The position numbers and the translations under genes are program-made. From assembly GCA_963657245.1 (NCBI GenBank), contig CAVKLJ010000004.1:2584-66583 (forward strand): a DNA stretch of 64,000 nt, in the 5' to 3' direction. Source of the stretch: Lachnospiraceae bacterium (GTDB lineage Bacteria; Bacillota_I; Bacilli_A; RFN20; CAG-826). Under the pieces are notes generated by a model, which was not told the origin of the DNA, did no database searches, and worked only from the letters and a program-made list of their open reading frames with translations. This document shows, in pieces, positions 26,844 to 35,872 of the stretch (position 1 is the stretch's first letter; each line of letters starts with the position of its first letter).

Positions 26844-27602
26844 ATGGAAAAAACAAATATTTCACGTTCACAACATAAAGAGAACTTCCTTAATCCAATT
26901 TGGAAACAAAATCCTCTCTTTGTCTTATTGCTTGGTACTTGCCCAGCTTTAGCCGTTACAACAACGATTGAGAACGCCATTGGTATGGGTATTCTCTTTA
27001 CCTTCGTCTTGGTTGGCTCAAGTGTTTTGGTTTCTCTCCTACGTAAGGTCATTCCTGAAGAAGTTGAGACTCCAGCTTATATCATCATCATCGCTACATT
27101 TGTTACTATCGTTAAAATGTTAGCGGAAGCCTTTGTTCCTGAACTTTATACAGGACTTGGTGTCTTTATTTCCTTACTTGTAGTTAACTGCATCGTTTTA
27201 GGAAGAGCTGAAGCTTTTGCTAAGAAGAATACGGTTTATGACTCTTTCCTTGATGCGTTAGGAAATGGCGTTGGCTATATTATCGCCATCTTAATCATTG
27301 CCGCAGTTCGTGAGATCTTAGGAACTGGTATGATTACAGTTGGCGCAGTCTTCACCTTTATTCCAAAGACATCCCTTCATATTTTGAAATTCGATAATCT
27401 CGATCTTTCAATCCCTCTCTTTGCTAAGCCAGCCGGCGGCTTCATCGTCTATGGCGTTATCGAAGCTATAATTGCCGCTAAAAACATTAGCAAACAACAA
27501 AAAGAAGCTGCAGCAAAGAAAGCGGCTCTCTTAAAGGCCCAAGCCGAAAAAGCAGCTGCCGCTAAGACTTTAGCTGCTAACACTCCTAAGGAGGCAAAAT
27601 AA
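26844..27602 (+). CDS. rnfE: Rnf complex subunit E (with an Ala/Lys-rich C-terminal tail)
   Basis: NPLFVLLLGTCPALAVTT and VVNCIVLGRAEAFA. Extra tail QQKEAAAKKAALLKAQAEKAAAAK. Confidence 0.9.
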   Translation: MEKTNISRSQHKENFLNPIWKQNPLFVLLLGTCPALAVTTTIENAIGMGILFTFVLVGSSVLVSLLRKVIPEEVETPAYIIIIATFVTIVKMLAEAFVPELYTGLGVFISLLVVNCIVLGRAEAFAKKNTVYDSFLDALGNGVGYIIAILIIAAVREILGTGMITVGAVFTFIPKTSLHILKFDNLDLSIPLFAKPAGGFIVYGVIEAIIAAKNISKQQKEAAAKKAALLKAQAEKAAAAKTLAANTPKEAK

Positions 27603-28192
27603 TGACTGCTACAAATTTATTTACAGCATTCTTGCTTGCAATCGTTTCATCTTTATTGATCAACAACGTTGTTCTTTCTAGATTCTACGGAATTTGCTCC
27701 TACCTAGGTGTTTCCACGAAAGTGAAATCGTCCGTTGGTATGGGCATTGCCGTTGTCTTTGTCATCATGCTTGCCTCTTTGGTTTGCTACCCAATTTATA
27801 ATTTCGTTCTTGTTCCAGCAGGCTTAGCCTTCTTGGATACAATCGTTTATATTTTGGTTATCGCTTCCTTGGTTCAACTTGTTGCTCTTGTTATCAAGAA
27901 ATATTCCCCATCTCTTTATAAGAGCTTAGGCATCTACTTGCCTCTTATCACCACAAACTGCGCAGTTCTTGGCGTTGTCCAAGAAAACAACACTCTTTCC
28001 TTTGCCAATTCCATGGCTAACGCCATTGGTACAAGCGTCGGCTTCCTTGTCATGATCGTTCTTTTCTCAACAATCAGAACAAGATTAGATTCAACCGACT
28101 CTCCAAAGGCTTGGAAGGGTTTGCCTCTTGCTTTGATTACTGCCGCCATCATGGCTATGGCCATAATGGGATTAAGTGGCATGGTCGCATAA
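27602..28192 (+). CDS. rnfA: Rnf complex subunit A
   Basis: INNVVLSRFYGIC, LPLITTNCAVLGV. TAATG overlap with rnfE. Confidence 0.9.
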   Translation: MTATNLFTAFLLAIVSSLLINNVVLSRFYGICSYLGVSTKVKSSVGMGIAVVFVIMLASLVCYPIYNFVLVPAGLAFLDTIVYILVIASLVQLVALVIKKYSPSLYKSLGIYLPLITTNCAVLGVVQENNTLSFANSMANAIGTSVGFLVMIVLFSTIRTRLDSTDSPKAWKGLPLALITAAIMAMAIMGLSGMVA

Positions 28193-28193
28193 T

Positions 28194-28424
28194 ATGCAAA
28201 GAATTCATTACATTCTCATCGCGATCGCGATTCTTGTGGCATTGATTGCAATATTCATCATCAGTTTCGTTGCATATCGTCGTACACCCGCTCCAAAAGG
28301 GTGCGAAGATCTCAAACCTGAATCTGATATGTGCTCGCAATGCCAAAAGACATCGTGTGCATTCTACGAAGAATACCATAAAGAAAACGATGAGAAGGAT
28401 GAGCAAAATAAAGGAGATAAATGA
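28194..28424 (+). CDS. 76-aa single-TM protein with a cytoplasmic 4-Cys cluster, embedded in the rnf operon
   Basis: TM helix IHYILIAIAILVALIAIFIISFVAY, then RR, then C-x11-C-x2-C-x4-C and an acidic tail. Starts 1 nt after the rnfA stop. ATGA overlap with the next gene. Confidence 0.5.
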   Translation: MQRIHYILIAIAILVALIAIFIISFVAYRRTPAPKGCEDLKPESDMCSQCQKTSCAFYEEYHKENDEKDEQNKGDK

Positions 28425-28753
28425 ATATGGGTCCATTAACAATACTCTGGGGTGTCTTAGTTCTTGCCGGACTTGGCCTTGTGCTTGGCTTCTTACTTGC
28501 ATTAGCCGCTAAATTCCTCCATGTTGAAGAAGATAAGCGTATCAAAGAAGTGGAAAGCATGTTACCAGGTGCTAACTGCGGTGCTTGCGGATATGCCGGT
28601 TGCCACGATTTAGCCGAAGCCTTAGTTACAGGCGCAGCAAAGAAAGTTACAGCTTGCAAAGTCGGTAAAAAAGAGAAGAATTTTGATCCAATTGTAGCCT
28701 ATATGAAGGCTACTCCAGGACCAGATGGAAAAATTACTGAAGTAAGTGAATAA
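28421..28753 (+). CDS. rnfB: truncated-type RnfB: TM helix plus N-terminal Fe-S cluster domain only, no ferredoxin domains
   Basis: LPGANCGACGYAGCHDLAEAL...ACKVG (CxxCx4Cx16C) after one TM helix. 110 aa. Confidence 0.75.
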   Translation: MNMGPLTILWGVLVLAGLGLVLGFLLALAAKFLHVEEDKRIKEVESMLPGANCGACGYAGCHDLAEALVTGAAKKVTACKVGKKEKNFDPIVAYMKATPGPDGKITEVSE

Positions 28754-28759
28754 ATTTTC

Positions 28760-28788
28760 TTGCTCAACGATTATCGTTTGAGTATAAT
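28760..28788 (+). promoter_or_regulatory. sigma-70-type promoter for the tRNA-Ala/tRNA-Met pair
   Basis: TTGCTC, 17 nt spacer, TATAAT. Followed by the hairpin CCGCTCA-ttg-TGAGCGG, which ends 3 nt before the tRNA. Confidence 0.55.
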
Positions 28789-28813
28789 AAACACCGCTCA
28801 TTGTGAGCGGAAT

Positions 28814-28889
28814 GGGACTTTAGCTCAGCTGGGAGAGCGCGTGCTTTGCAAGCATGAGGTCGCCGGTTCGATCCCGGTAAGTTCCACCA
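28814..28889 (+). tRNA. tRNA-Ala (anticodon UGC)
   Basis: GGGACTTTAGCTCAGCTGGGAGAGC...CTTTGCAAG...AAGTTCCACCA. G3:U70 identity pair present. Confidence 0.95.
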
Positions 28890-28896
28890 AATTAAT

Positions 28897-28973
28897 GGCT
28901 GAGTAGCCCAGTTGGTTAGAGCAACCGGCTCATACCCGGTATGTCGAGGGTTCGAGTCCCCCCTCAGCCACCA
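28897..28973 (+). tRNA. tRNA with CAU anticodon (elongator Met, or Ile2 if lysidinylated)
   Basis: GGCTGAGTAGCCCAGTTGGTTAGAGCAACCGGCTCATACCCGGT...CTCAGCCACCA. Not initiator-like: no three G-C pairs in the anticodon stem. Confidence 0.85.
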
Positions 28974-29015
28974 TTAATTGAATATACCTTCATTAAGGAA
29001 GAAAAATAAGAATTT

Positions 29016-29039
29016 AAGTGGTAAATATGCCACTTTTTT
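29016..29039 (+). terminator. rho-independent terminator after the tRNAs
   Basis: AGTGG-taaatat-CCACT stem followed by TTTTTT. Confidence 0.6.
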
Positions 29040-29078
29040 CTTTGTAAAATATGGCATAAAACAACGTTTTAAAGTAAA

Positions 29079-32000
29079 ATGTGGTGTATGATGCCAACAA
29101 GTAATGAAGCAAACAACAACTTTGATGGTAAAATCGACAAGTTTCTTAAACAAACGTTAGAAAGTTCATCTTTGTGTTTTGGCATTTTTGATACGAATTC
29201 TGGCAAGGCTGAAACTATTCTTTTATCGAAAGGTTTCAAAACGAATTTCAATAAAAACAATCCTTCTAGTAAAGAAACAATCTTTGGGATTTCAGTTGTC
29301 AACGTCCATAAAGATGATGTAGAAGGCTTCAAGGAAAAAGCATCTTCCTTAGTTAACGGGGGAGATGAACTAGATTTATATTTCCGTTTCCATTCATCAT
29401 CTAATAGCCTTTATCATTCAATCCACGCCTTAGGAAGACGTATCAAACTTGAAGGAGATGATTTCCTTTTTGTTTGGTATAACGATTTAGCAAGGATGGA
29501 TGATGATACGTTTGTCTTTGATGAAAGAGCCTATGATAACACCGTTAGCATCATTAAAAAATATTATGATGACGAATTAACTGGGTTGCCAAGGATGGCC
29601 AATTTCGTTCATCACGTCCAAGAACTGTTATCGACCCCATATATTGATGAGAAGAATTATGTTCTTCTTGCCTTTGACTTAACGGGTATGAAAGCCTTCA
29701 ACATGAAATATGGCTTCGAAAACGGGGACCGTTTGATCATCTCTATTGCCGACATTTTGAAAAAACATTTCGAAACTCAATCAATTTCACGTTTTGGCGA
29801 GGATCATTTCTACGTTTTAACCGAGAATGATGAGATTGAAAAAACAATCAAAGAGATTTTTGAAGACGTTAAAAAAGCAAATGATGGCAATACCTTACCT
29901 ATTCGTGTTGGCATCTATAAAGACAAAATAACGGATATTTCGGTTGCTTGCGATAAGGCGAAAACGGCCGCGGATGTTGGAAGACATTCCTATATTTCCC
30001 ATTTCACGTATTTTGATGAAAATCTATCAGAAGAAATCGAAAAACGTGATTTTATTTTAAATAATTTAGAAAATGCCATAGAAAAAGGCCATATTCAGCC
30101 ATATTATCAACCAATCGTTAGAACATTGAATAATAAGGTTGCAGATGAAGAGGCCCTTGCCCGTTGGAAAGATCCTGAGAAAGGATTATTAAATCCTGCA
30201 GATTTCATCTCAATTCTTGAAGATGCAGGAATCATCTATAGATTAGATTTATGTATCCTAGATTGCGTCCTTGCCGACTTAAAAAAGAAAAAAGACAAAG
30301 GCCAATATCTAACTCCAGTTTCAATTAATATTTCTCGTTATGATTTTGAATCGTGCAATATCGTTGAACTAGTTTCAAAGAAAGTCACGGAAAGTGGCTT
30401 TTCTCCCGACTTAATCATTATCGAAATAACTGAATCTGCCGCTTTCTATAACAAAGCATTGCTTATCGAACAAGTGAATAGATTCCATGAATGTGGCTTT
30501 AAAGTCTGGGTTGATGATTTTGGCAGTGGCTATTCTTCCTTAAACAGCCTTCAAGAATTCTCTTTCGATGGAATGAAAATAGATATGGGTTTCTTATCTT
30601 CTTTTAAAGAGAATAAGAAAACTCCAAGTATCATCAAAGAAACAATCAAACTTGCGGAAAAAATCGGTATAGATACAATTTGCGAAGGCGTTGAAACAAA
30701 AGAAGAATTGGATTTCTTGCGTGAAGCTGGATGCGATAAAGTCCAAGGTTACTATTTCTCTAAGCCAAATCCAATCGATTATATAATTTCTGGACAGACT
30801 CCTTTAAAGAGAGAAAATCCTGAAGAGCGTGAATACTATCGTGAAATAGCTCTTTCTTCACTTAGTGAGCCTGAATCAAATGGCGATAAAGGCACCATGG
30901 CAGAGCGCGCCTTATCTGGACCTAGTGTTGGAATCATCGAAGTAAAGGATAACACATTCCGCCTCTTAAGAACGACAAAGGCTTTTAAGAGCGCGTGTGA
31001 AATCGAAGGGTTTATTTCTCCTAATGAGCAATTTGATGGTGGCTATCCATTCATTCGAACACCTGATTCTTTCTTCTCTGAAGCAATATATAGGGCTTGT
31101 GATACAGGAAATTGGGAAGAAACATCCTTCTATTCCGAAAGACGCATAACCACGTTCTTCTTTAGATTAGTTTCTACAAATCCTGTTACTAAGGCTAAGT
31201 CTGTCATGTGCATCATGTCTTATGCCAATAAGGGCAGTGATAAAAAAGTCCAAAGAGAAGCTGAACTAATCAATTTAGAAACTATCAATGTTGATGATTT
31301 CCCATTACCTGTAATCATCATCGAACTTTGTAACGACGCCGGAAAAGAGCGTCTTAAATGTTTGAACCTTAATAAAGCGTTCTCTGAATTAGCATCGGTA
31401 ACTCCTGAAGAAGCGAAAAACTCTAACTATCTTGAAAGTGTCTTTGATAAAAAGAATGAGTGGAAGAAACTAATAAAGCAAGTTCTTTCCGTTAGAAGAC
31501 CTTTAAAGGGAGAGACTTTCCATGAGCCAACGCGCCTATGGATGAATTTCATAATTTCTCCTTGTTTAAGTGAGAATTGCGTGTGTGTGACCATCCTTCA
31601 AGATAGCAGCTCTTTCTCCTTATTTGAAAAAAGAGCAATTAACTGCGATGATGAAGCCTATAGAATTGCTAGTATCTTAAAACAAGATGGCAATCATTCA
31701 AAAAAGATCGATGATGCCCTAAATGAATTTGGTCGCTCATCTAATGCGGATGACGCTTTGGTGATTGAAATAAATGGAAACGTCATTGAACATTGCCACG
31801 AGTGGAACAAACCAGCTTTCAATCCTTTATCTAGAGAAATTGATGAAGCTGAATTTGTTAATTTACTAGCCTTTTTAAGAAAACGTTTTAAAGAAGAAAC
31901 CTATGTTTCCGTTAAAGCCATTGAAGAATTGAAAATAAATGGTGGAACATTCTATGATTGGTGTAGAGCACATGGGGTAAAACGTTTCTTGATTTTCCCA

Positions 32001-33317
32001 TTATTCTCCCAAGGAAAATTAATCGGTCTCTTCATTGTTAACAATTACGAAATTAATAATGCCGAATTTACAAGAAAGTTGATGGAAAAGCTTTCTGGAG
32101 TTTTCTCTTCGCAGATAAGTTTATCTTACAAAGATAAAGAGAAAAACGAAAAAACACATGGATTTCCTAAGTATTTTTCCGATTCTAGCGACTTGAAGAC
32201 CAAAATTAAACGTTTCTTTGGAATTGGCAAAAGAAGTGCGTCGGAAAATATCTATAACGATCGTAGCAACATCGAAATAGGGCGACTTACATCTGCCTTC
32301 CTTGGTTTGTTTGAACTTGTGTTTGCAATTGTCTTTACCATTAATTTCTATTTAAACAAAGATAAACAACCAGATAACATCTACTATCAAAGCACATGGG
32401 TTTGGAGCCACTTGGCTTTATACGCTTTTGCATTTGTCGTAAACGCCCTCTTCTTCCTTTATTGTGAGTTCTATTATCATGATAAATTCACTAAAGTTAA
32501 GAAATTATCTTTAAAAACCCATGTTGTGATCGATGCATATGTATTGTGCATAATCACTTTCGGAATGCTTATCTCTATTATGGACGTGCAAAATGGCGGA
32601 CAACCAATAACGTTCGTTACAATGCTACTATATACAATGCTGATTTTCCGCTTATATCCGATCAAGAGCATCATCTATCTATTCGTCATGAATGTTTTAT
32701 TTGTCATTCTCCTTTGCGAAGTTCCGATGGTCAACCTTCCTATGGATAAAATAAACATGAGCTTGGATATAGGGGCATTTGCTAACATCATTTGTGTATT
32801 TATTCTTGAATGCGTTGCTTCATCTCTTCTTTATAAAGCCAGAATGAGAGCGGCCGCACACTGTATTGTCGATACTCTTTCAGGCACTAAATGCCGCTTT
32901 GCCTTACAAGAAGATTTCAAGCACTTAGAAGGAAAACGAGTTGTTGTCATGATGCTTGATGTCGATGATTTTAAGTTACTTAATGACATCTACGGTCACC
33001 AAGCGGGGGATGAAGTCATTAACGAAGTTGGCCAAGCTTTAATTAAGACCTTTGGTGTTGAATCGGTTTACCGTTATGGCGGAGATGAATTCCTTGTTAT
33101 CAAAAAAGGCGATTTATTCTCTTTTGAAAAACATTTATTTAACCTACAACGTAATATAAGTTCAGTAACCTCACTTGATATGAACGTTACCTTCTCGGCT
33201 GGCTATAAAGAGCATCTTGTTGGAGAAAATGCTTCTCTAGATGAAGTGATTAGAGAGTCTGACTTGCTCTTATACGAAGCTAAGAAACGTGGCAAGAATC
33301 AAATCGTCAAAGGATAA
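29079..33317 (+). CDS. multidomain c-di-GMP signalling protein: PAS-like, degenerate GGDEF, EAL, PAS/GAF-like region, ~6 TM helices, canonical GGDEF
   Basis: First cyclase motif reads RFGEDHF. EAL motifs EEALARW, EITES, DDFGSGYSS, EGVETKEE and QGYYFSKP. C-terminal YRYGGDEFLVI. The start codon is uncertain. Confidence 0.8.
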   Translation: MWCMMPTSNEANNNFDGKIDKFLKQTLESSSLCFGIFDTNSGKAETILLSKGFKTNFNKNNPSSKETIFGISVVNVHKDDVEGFKEKASSLVNGGDELDLYFRFHSSSNSLYHSIHALGRRIKLEGDDFLFVWYNDLARMDDDTFVFDERAYDNTVSIIKKYYDDELTGLPRMANFVHHVQELLSTPYIDEKNYVLLAFDLTGMKAFNMKYGFENGDRLIISIADILKKHFETQSISRFGEDHFYVLTENDEIEKTIKEIFEDVKKANDGNTLPIRVGIYKDKITDISVACDKAKTAADVGRHSYISHFTYFDENLSEEIEKRDFILNNLENAIEKGHIQPYYQPIVRTLNNKVADEEALARWKDPEKGLLNPADFISILEDAGIIYRLDLCILDCVLADLKKKKDKGQYLTPVSINISRYDFESCNIVELVSKKVTESGFSPDLIIIEITESAAFYNKALLIEQVNRFHECGFKVWVDDFGSGYSSLNSLQEFSFDGMKIDMGFLSSFKENKKTPSIIKETIKLAEKIGIDTICEGVETKEELDFLREAGCDKVQGYYFSKPNPIDYIISGQTPLKRENPEEREYYREIALSSLSEPESNGDKGTMAERALSGPSVGIIEVKDNTFRLLRTTKAFKSACEIEGFISPNEQFDGGYPFIRTPDSFFSEAIYRACDTGNWEETSFYSERRITTFFFRLVSTNPVTKAKSVMCIMSYANKGSDKKVQREAELINLETINVDDFPLPVIIIELCNDAGKERLKCLNLNKAFSELASVTPEEAKNSNYLESVFDKKNEWKKLIKQVLSVRRPLKGETFHEPTRLWMNFIISPCLSENCVCVTILQDSSSFSLFEKRAINCDDEAYRIASILKQDGNHSKKIDDALNEFGRSSNADDALVIEINGNVIEHCHEWNKPAFNPLSREIDEAEFVNLLAFLRKRFKEETYVSVKAIEELKINGGTFYDWCRAHGVKRFLIFPLFSQGKLIGLFIVNNYEINNAEFTRKLMEKLSGVFSSQISLSYKDKEKNEKTHGFPKYFSDSSDLKTKIKRFFGIGKRSASENIYNDRSNIEIGRLTSAFLGLFELVFAIVFTINFYLNKDKQPDNIYYQSTWVWSHLALYAFAFVVNALFFLYCEFYYHDKFTKVKKLSLKTHVVIDAYVLCIITFGMLISIMDVQNGGQPITFVTMLLYTMLIFRLYPIKSIIYLFVMNVLFVILLCEVPMVNLPMDKINMSLDIGAFANIICVFILECVASSLLYKARMRAAAHCIVDTLSGTKCRFALQEDFKHLEGKRVVVMMLDVDDFKLLNDIYGHQAGDEVINEVGQALIKTFGVESVYRYGGDEFLVIKKGDLFSFEKHLFNLQRNISSVTSLDMNVTFSAGYKEHLVGENASLDEVIRESDLLLYEAKKRGKNQIVKG

Positions 33318-33322
33318 GATAG

Positions 33323-34057
33323 ATGCTAAACGAATTATCTAGACTTGAGCTTCTTTTAAATGAGTCTCAAATTAGCAAAATAAAGAAAACTAGAATTGCC
33401 ATATTCGGTGTTGGAGGAGTTGGAGGATATGTTCTTGAAGAGCTTGCTCGAAGCGGTTTCTCCGATTTCGTTCTAGTTGATAATGACGTTTTCTCTTTAA
33501 CGAATCTTAATAGGCAGATACTTGCAACCCACGAAAGCATCGGAAGGAAAAAGGTTGAAGTAGCGAAAGAAAGAGTTCTTTCTATAAACCCAAATGCCAA
33601 AATTGAAATCCACGACTGTTTCTATCTTCCAGAAACGAAAGATGAATTTGATTTCTCTTCTTATGATTATGTCGTTGATGCAGTAGATACAGTTACCGCA
33701 AAACTATCAATCATCGAAGAAGCAAAGAAGAATAATGTTAAAGTTATTTCCTCCATGGGATGTGGGAACCGTTTCAACCCACTTAAACTAAGACTTGATG
33801 ACATATCTAAAACAAGTATGGATCCTCTTGCCAAAGTCATGCGTAGAGAACTAAAAAAACGCAAAATTTATCATTGTAACGTTCTTTATTCTTTAGAGAA
33901 GCCAACAAAACCAGTAGAATGTATAGATGTAATGAACGAAAACCCAATAAGGAGATCGACTCCTGGTTCAACTTCATTCGTTCCTACCACAGGCGGAATA
34001 TTAATCGCCTATTGGATATTTAAAGATGTAACAGGAGTAGAAGAACCTACTTGTTAA
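33323..34057 (+). CDS. tcdA: ThiF/E1-like tRNA threonylcarbamoyladenosine dehydratase
   Basis: IAIFGVGGVGGYVLEELARSG...LVDNDVFSLTNLNRQ. Confidence 0.75.
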   Translation: MLNELSRLELLLNESQISKIKKTRIAIFGVGGVGGYVLEELARSGFSDFVLVDNDVFSLTNLNRQILATHESIGRKKVEVAKERVLSINPNAKIEIHDCFYLPETKDEFDFSSYDYVVDAVDTVTAKLSIIEEAKKNNVKVISSMGCGNRFNPLKLRLDDISKTSMDPLAKVMRRELKKRKIYHCNVLYSLEKPTKPVECIDVMNENPIRRSTPGSTSFVPTTGGILIAYWIFKDVTGVEEPTC

Positions 34058-34070
34058 GAAGGAGAAAATT

Positions 34071-35843
34071 ATGAAAACATCATGGGATTTAAGTCCTCTC
34101 TATGAAAACGAAGAGGCTTTTAACGCTGATTTAGCGAAATTCAAAGACGTATACGTTGCTAAAGCCGCCTCATTTGAAGGCAAATTAGGAGACGAAAAAA
34201 ACTTCCTTGAATATTTAGATATGGAAAAGGAAGTCAACCTCCTTTTAGAGAAACTTTATATGTATGCTAACGGACTTTCTGACTTAGATAAGAAAGACGT
34301 TTCTAGAAATGAAAGAATCTCTAAAGTCATGTCCGCGATGAACGCATTCTCTGCTGCTTCTAGCTACATCGACCCAGAAATCTTAGCCTTAGGAGAAGAC
34401 AAGGTCAAAACCTTCCTTAATAACAATCCAACTTACAAGGCTGAATTCGATTTTGCTTTCGACAAATTATTCCGCACACAAAAACACGTTTTATCTTCCT
34501 TTGAAGAAAAACTTCTCTCTTCCTTCAACAATCTAGAAGGAGATGGCGGTGATTTATATTCTTATCTCTCTGTTGCTGACTATAAGCCAAAGACAATCTT
34601 ACTAAACGGCAAAGAAATCGAAGTTAATATGTCTAATTGGCGTAATCTTATTGAAGAAACAGAAAGTGCAGAAGACCGTAAGAGAATCTTCGAATCCCTC
34701 TATTCTTGGTATGATGAACACAAGAACACATATGGGCAAATCTATAATACCGTATTGCATGCCCAATATGCCGAGATGAAGGCAAGAGGATATTCTTCCA
34801 TTCTTGAAGAGCATCTCTTTAAAAACAATATCCCTCTCTCGGTTTTCCATAACCTCATTGAAGTTGCTTCAACTGATAACGCTTCTCTTAAAAAATACTA
34901 TGAACTAAGAAAGAAATATCTCCATTTAGACAAGCATCGTTCATATGATCGTTTCCTTCAACTTGCTAAGTCTGATAAGAAATACACTTACGAAGAAGCA
35001 AGAGAAATCTTCTTTGATTCCATCAAGAGCTTCCCAGAAGACTATCAAAAGAAGGCTAGAGAAGTCACAAAAGAAGGCTATGTTGATGTTTATCCAAGCG
35101 CTGGCAAAATTACTGGTGCATATTCCACAGGTGGAGCAAACATCCATCCATATATTCTTCTTAACTTCGAAGGAAATTTAGACGATGTCTTCACTCTTGC
35201 CCATGAATCTGGACACTCAATCCACACCTTATATTCCGAAGAATCTCAGCCTCTTTGCAAACAAGATTACACAATCTTTGTCGCAGAGATCGCTTCAACC
35301 TTCAATGAACATAATCTTCTTGATTATTTCTTGAAGAGAGGAGACCTAAGCAAGGAAGATAAGATATTCCTTCTTCAAAAGGCTATTGATGAGATTGCTT
35401 CAACTTTCTACCGCCAAGCCTTATTCGGACAATACGAATATGAAATCTCTCTTCTTGCTGAGAAAGATGAGCCAATCAATTATCAAGTTCTCTCCGATAA
35501 GATGATTGAACTTTATAAGAAATATTATGGCATTGATATTCATGAAGAAAAGGTTAAAGAACTAGTTTGGGCTTATATCCCTCATCTCTTCTATACGCCA
35601 TTCTATGTTTATCAATATGCAACCTCCTTCACAGCTTCCATGCTTTTATATCAAAACGTCAAGGAAGGTAAAGAAGGAGCCTTCGATAAACACATCTCTC
35701 TCTTAAAGATGGGCGGAAGTGATTACCCAGTTCAAGAAGTTTTAAAGGCTGGAGTCGACTTCACAAAGAAAGAAACATTCTACTCTTGCCCACGTAGAAT
35801 GGATGAATTAGTCGAAGAACTTGAAAAACTTCTAAATGAGTAA
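34071..35843 (+). CDS. pepF: oligoendopeptidase F (M3B)
   Basis: HESGHSIH zinc motif. 590 aa. PepF-like N-terminus WDLSPLY. Confidence 0.9.
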   Translation: MKTSWDLSPLYENEEAFNADLAKFKDVYVAKAASFEGKLGDEKNFLEYLDMEKEVNLLLEKLYMYANGLSDLDKKDVSRNERISKVMSAMNAFSAASSYIDPEILALGEDKVKTFLNNNPTYKAEFDFAFDKLFRTQKHVLSSFEEKLLSSFNNLEGDGGDLYSYLSVADYKPKTILLNGKEIEVNMSNWRNLIEETESAEDRKRIFESLYSWYDEHKNTYGQIYNTVLHAQYAEMKARGYSSILEEHLFKNNIPLSVFHNLIEVASTDNASLKKYYELRKKYLHLDKHRSYDRFLQLAKSDKKYTYEEAREIFFDSIKSFPEDYQKKAREVTKEGYVDVYPSAGKITGAYSTGGANIHPYILLNFEGNLDDVFTLAHESGHSIHTLYSEESQPLCKQDYTIFVAEIASTFNEHNLLDYFLKRGDLSKEDKIFLLQKAIDEIASTFYRQALFGQYEYEISLLAEKDEPINYQVLSDKMIELYKKYYGIDIHEEKVKELVWAYIPHLFYTPFYVYQYATSFTASMLLYQNVKEGKEGAFDKHISLLKMGGSDYPVQEVLKAGVDFTKKETFYSCPRRMDELVEELEKLLNE

Positions 35844-35872
35844 TTGAGATACTCTCTTTACTTAGATATAAT
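35844..35872 (+). promoter_or_regulatory. sigma-70-type promoter for tRNA-Ile/tRNA-Ser
   Basis: TTGAGA, 17 nt spacer, TATAAT. Followed by the GGCTGCA-t-TGCAGCC hairpin. Confidence 0.6.

Noticed and set aside
28754-29078. tRNA-adjacent regions (here and at 35844-36267) as possible integration sites of mobile elements or genomic islands.
   Set aside because: No integrase, recombinase, direct repeat of a tRNA 3' end, or compositional break is visible next to either tRNA cluster.
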